This document shows, in pieces, positions 63,757 to 64,000 of a DNA stretch of 64,000 nt; positions within the stretch are counted from its first letter, which is position 1, and each line of letters begins with the position of its first letter. Location: assembly GCA_051313645.2 (NCBI GenBank), contig JBNRSN020000026.1, forward strand, positions 78,120,001 to 78,184,000. The letters are read 5' to 3'. A program made the translations under genes and the position numbers. The notes beneath the pieces are model-generated. The model did not search any database. It saw nothing but the letters and a program-made list of their open reading frames with translations, and had not been told where the DNA came from. Source of the stretch: Centroscyllium fabricii (Eukaryota).

Positions 63757-64000
63757 TTATTATTATTTAAAAAAAAAGATAAATGAAACTGTTCAATCGG
63801 GGAAATTTATCACAACCAAGCGAGAGACGATTGTGACCGACCGGGGTTTAAGTGCACACTTCTTTCACGGAGTCTTGCCTGCAGAAAGCTAACCTGTCCT
63901 CTCCTCTTTTGTAGTACTGTAATGGAGGATTTGTTATGGAATACCATTAAAAATGGACTAAGATACATGGTCAGAATGTAAATATAATTATAACGATGCT

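Overview
Vertebrate genomic DNA, almost certainly a shark or other elasmobranch (HE1-type V-SINEs, SacSINE1-like Deu-SINEs, abundant CR1/L2 LINEs, Penelope-like elements). The only host gene I can support is a complete two-exon posterior Hox gene, HoxB13, at the right end (+ strand; exon 1 62390-63065, exon 2 63509-63756, 307 aa), so the window is the 5' flank of the HoxB cluster. Positions 1 to about 51 kb are dense in retroelement fragments (CR1, L2, Rex1/Babar, RTE-X-like, Penelope, three SINE families), often nested, plus four tandem arrays including a 4.4 kb TTAGGG-containing 18-bp satellite. Repeats thin out sharply in the last ~11 kb before HoxB13. Most notable: minimal hammerhead-ribozyme motifs in two Penelope families, three Penelope-derived long palindromes (one 1.7 kb from the HoxB13 ATG, one split by two insertions at its centre), the structured satellite, and a NAGNAG acceptor in HoxB13. 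I found no convincing Hox14 or Evx/eve1 relic and no evidence for a wholly new system. All family assignments are by eye and from memory, without database searches; repeat boundaries are approximate.
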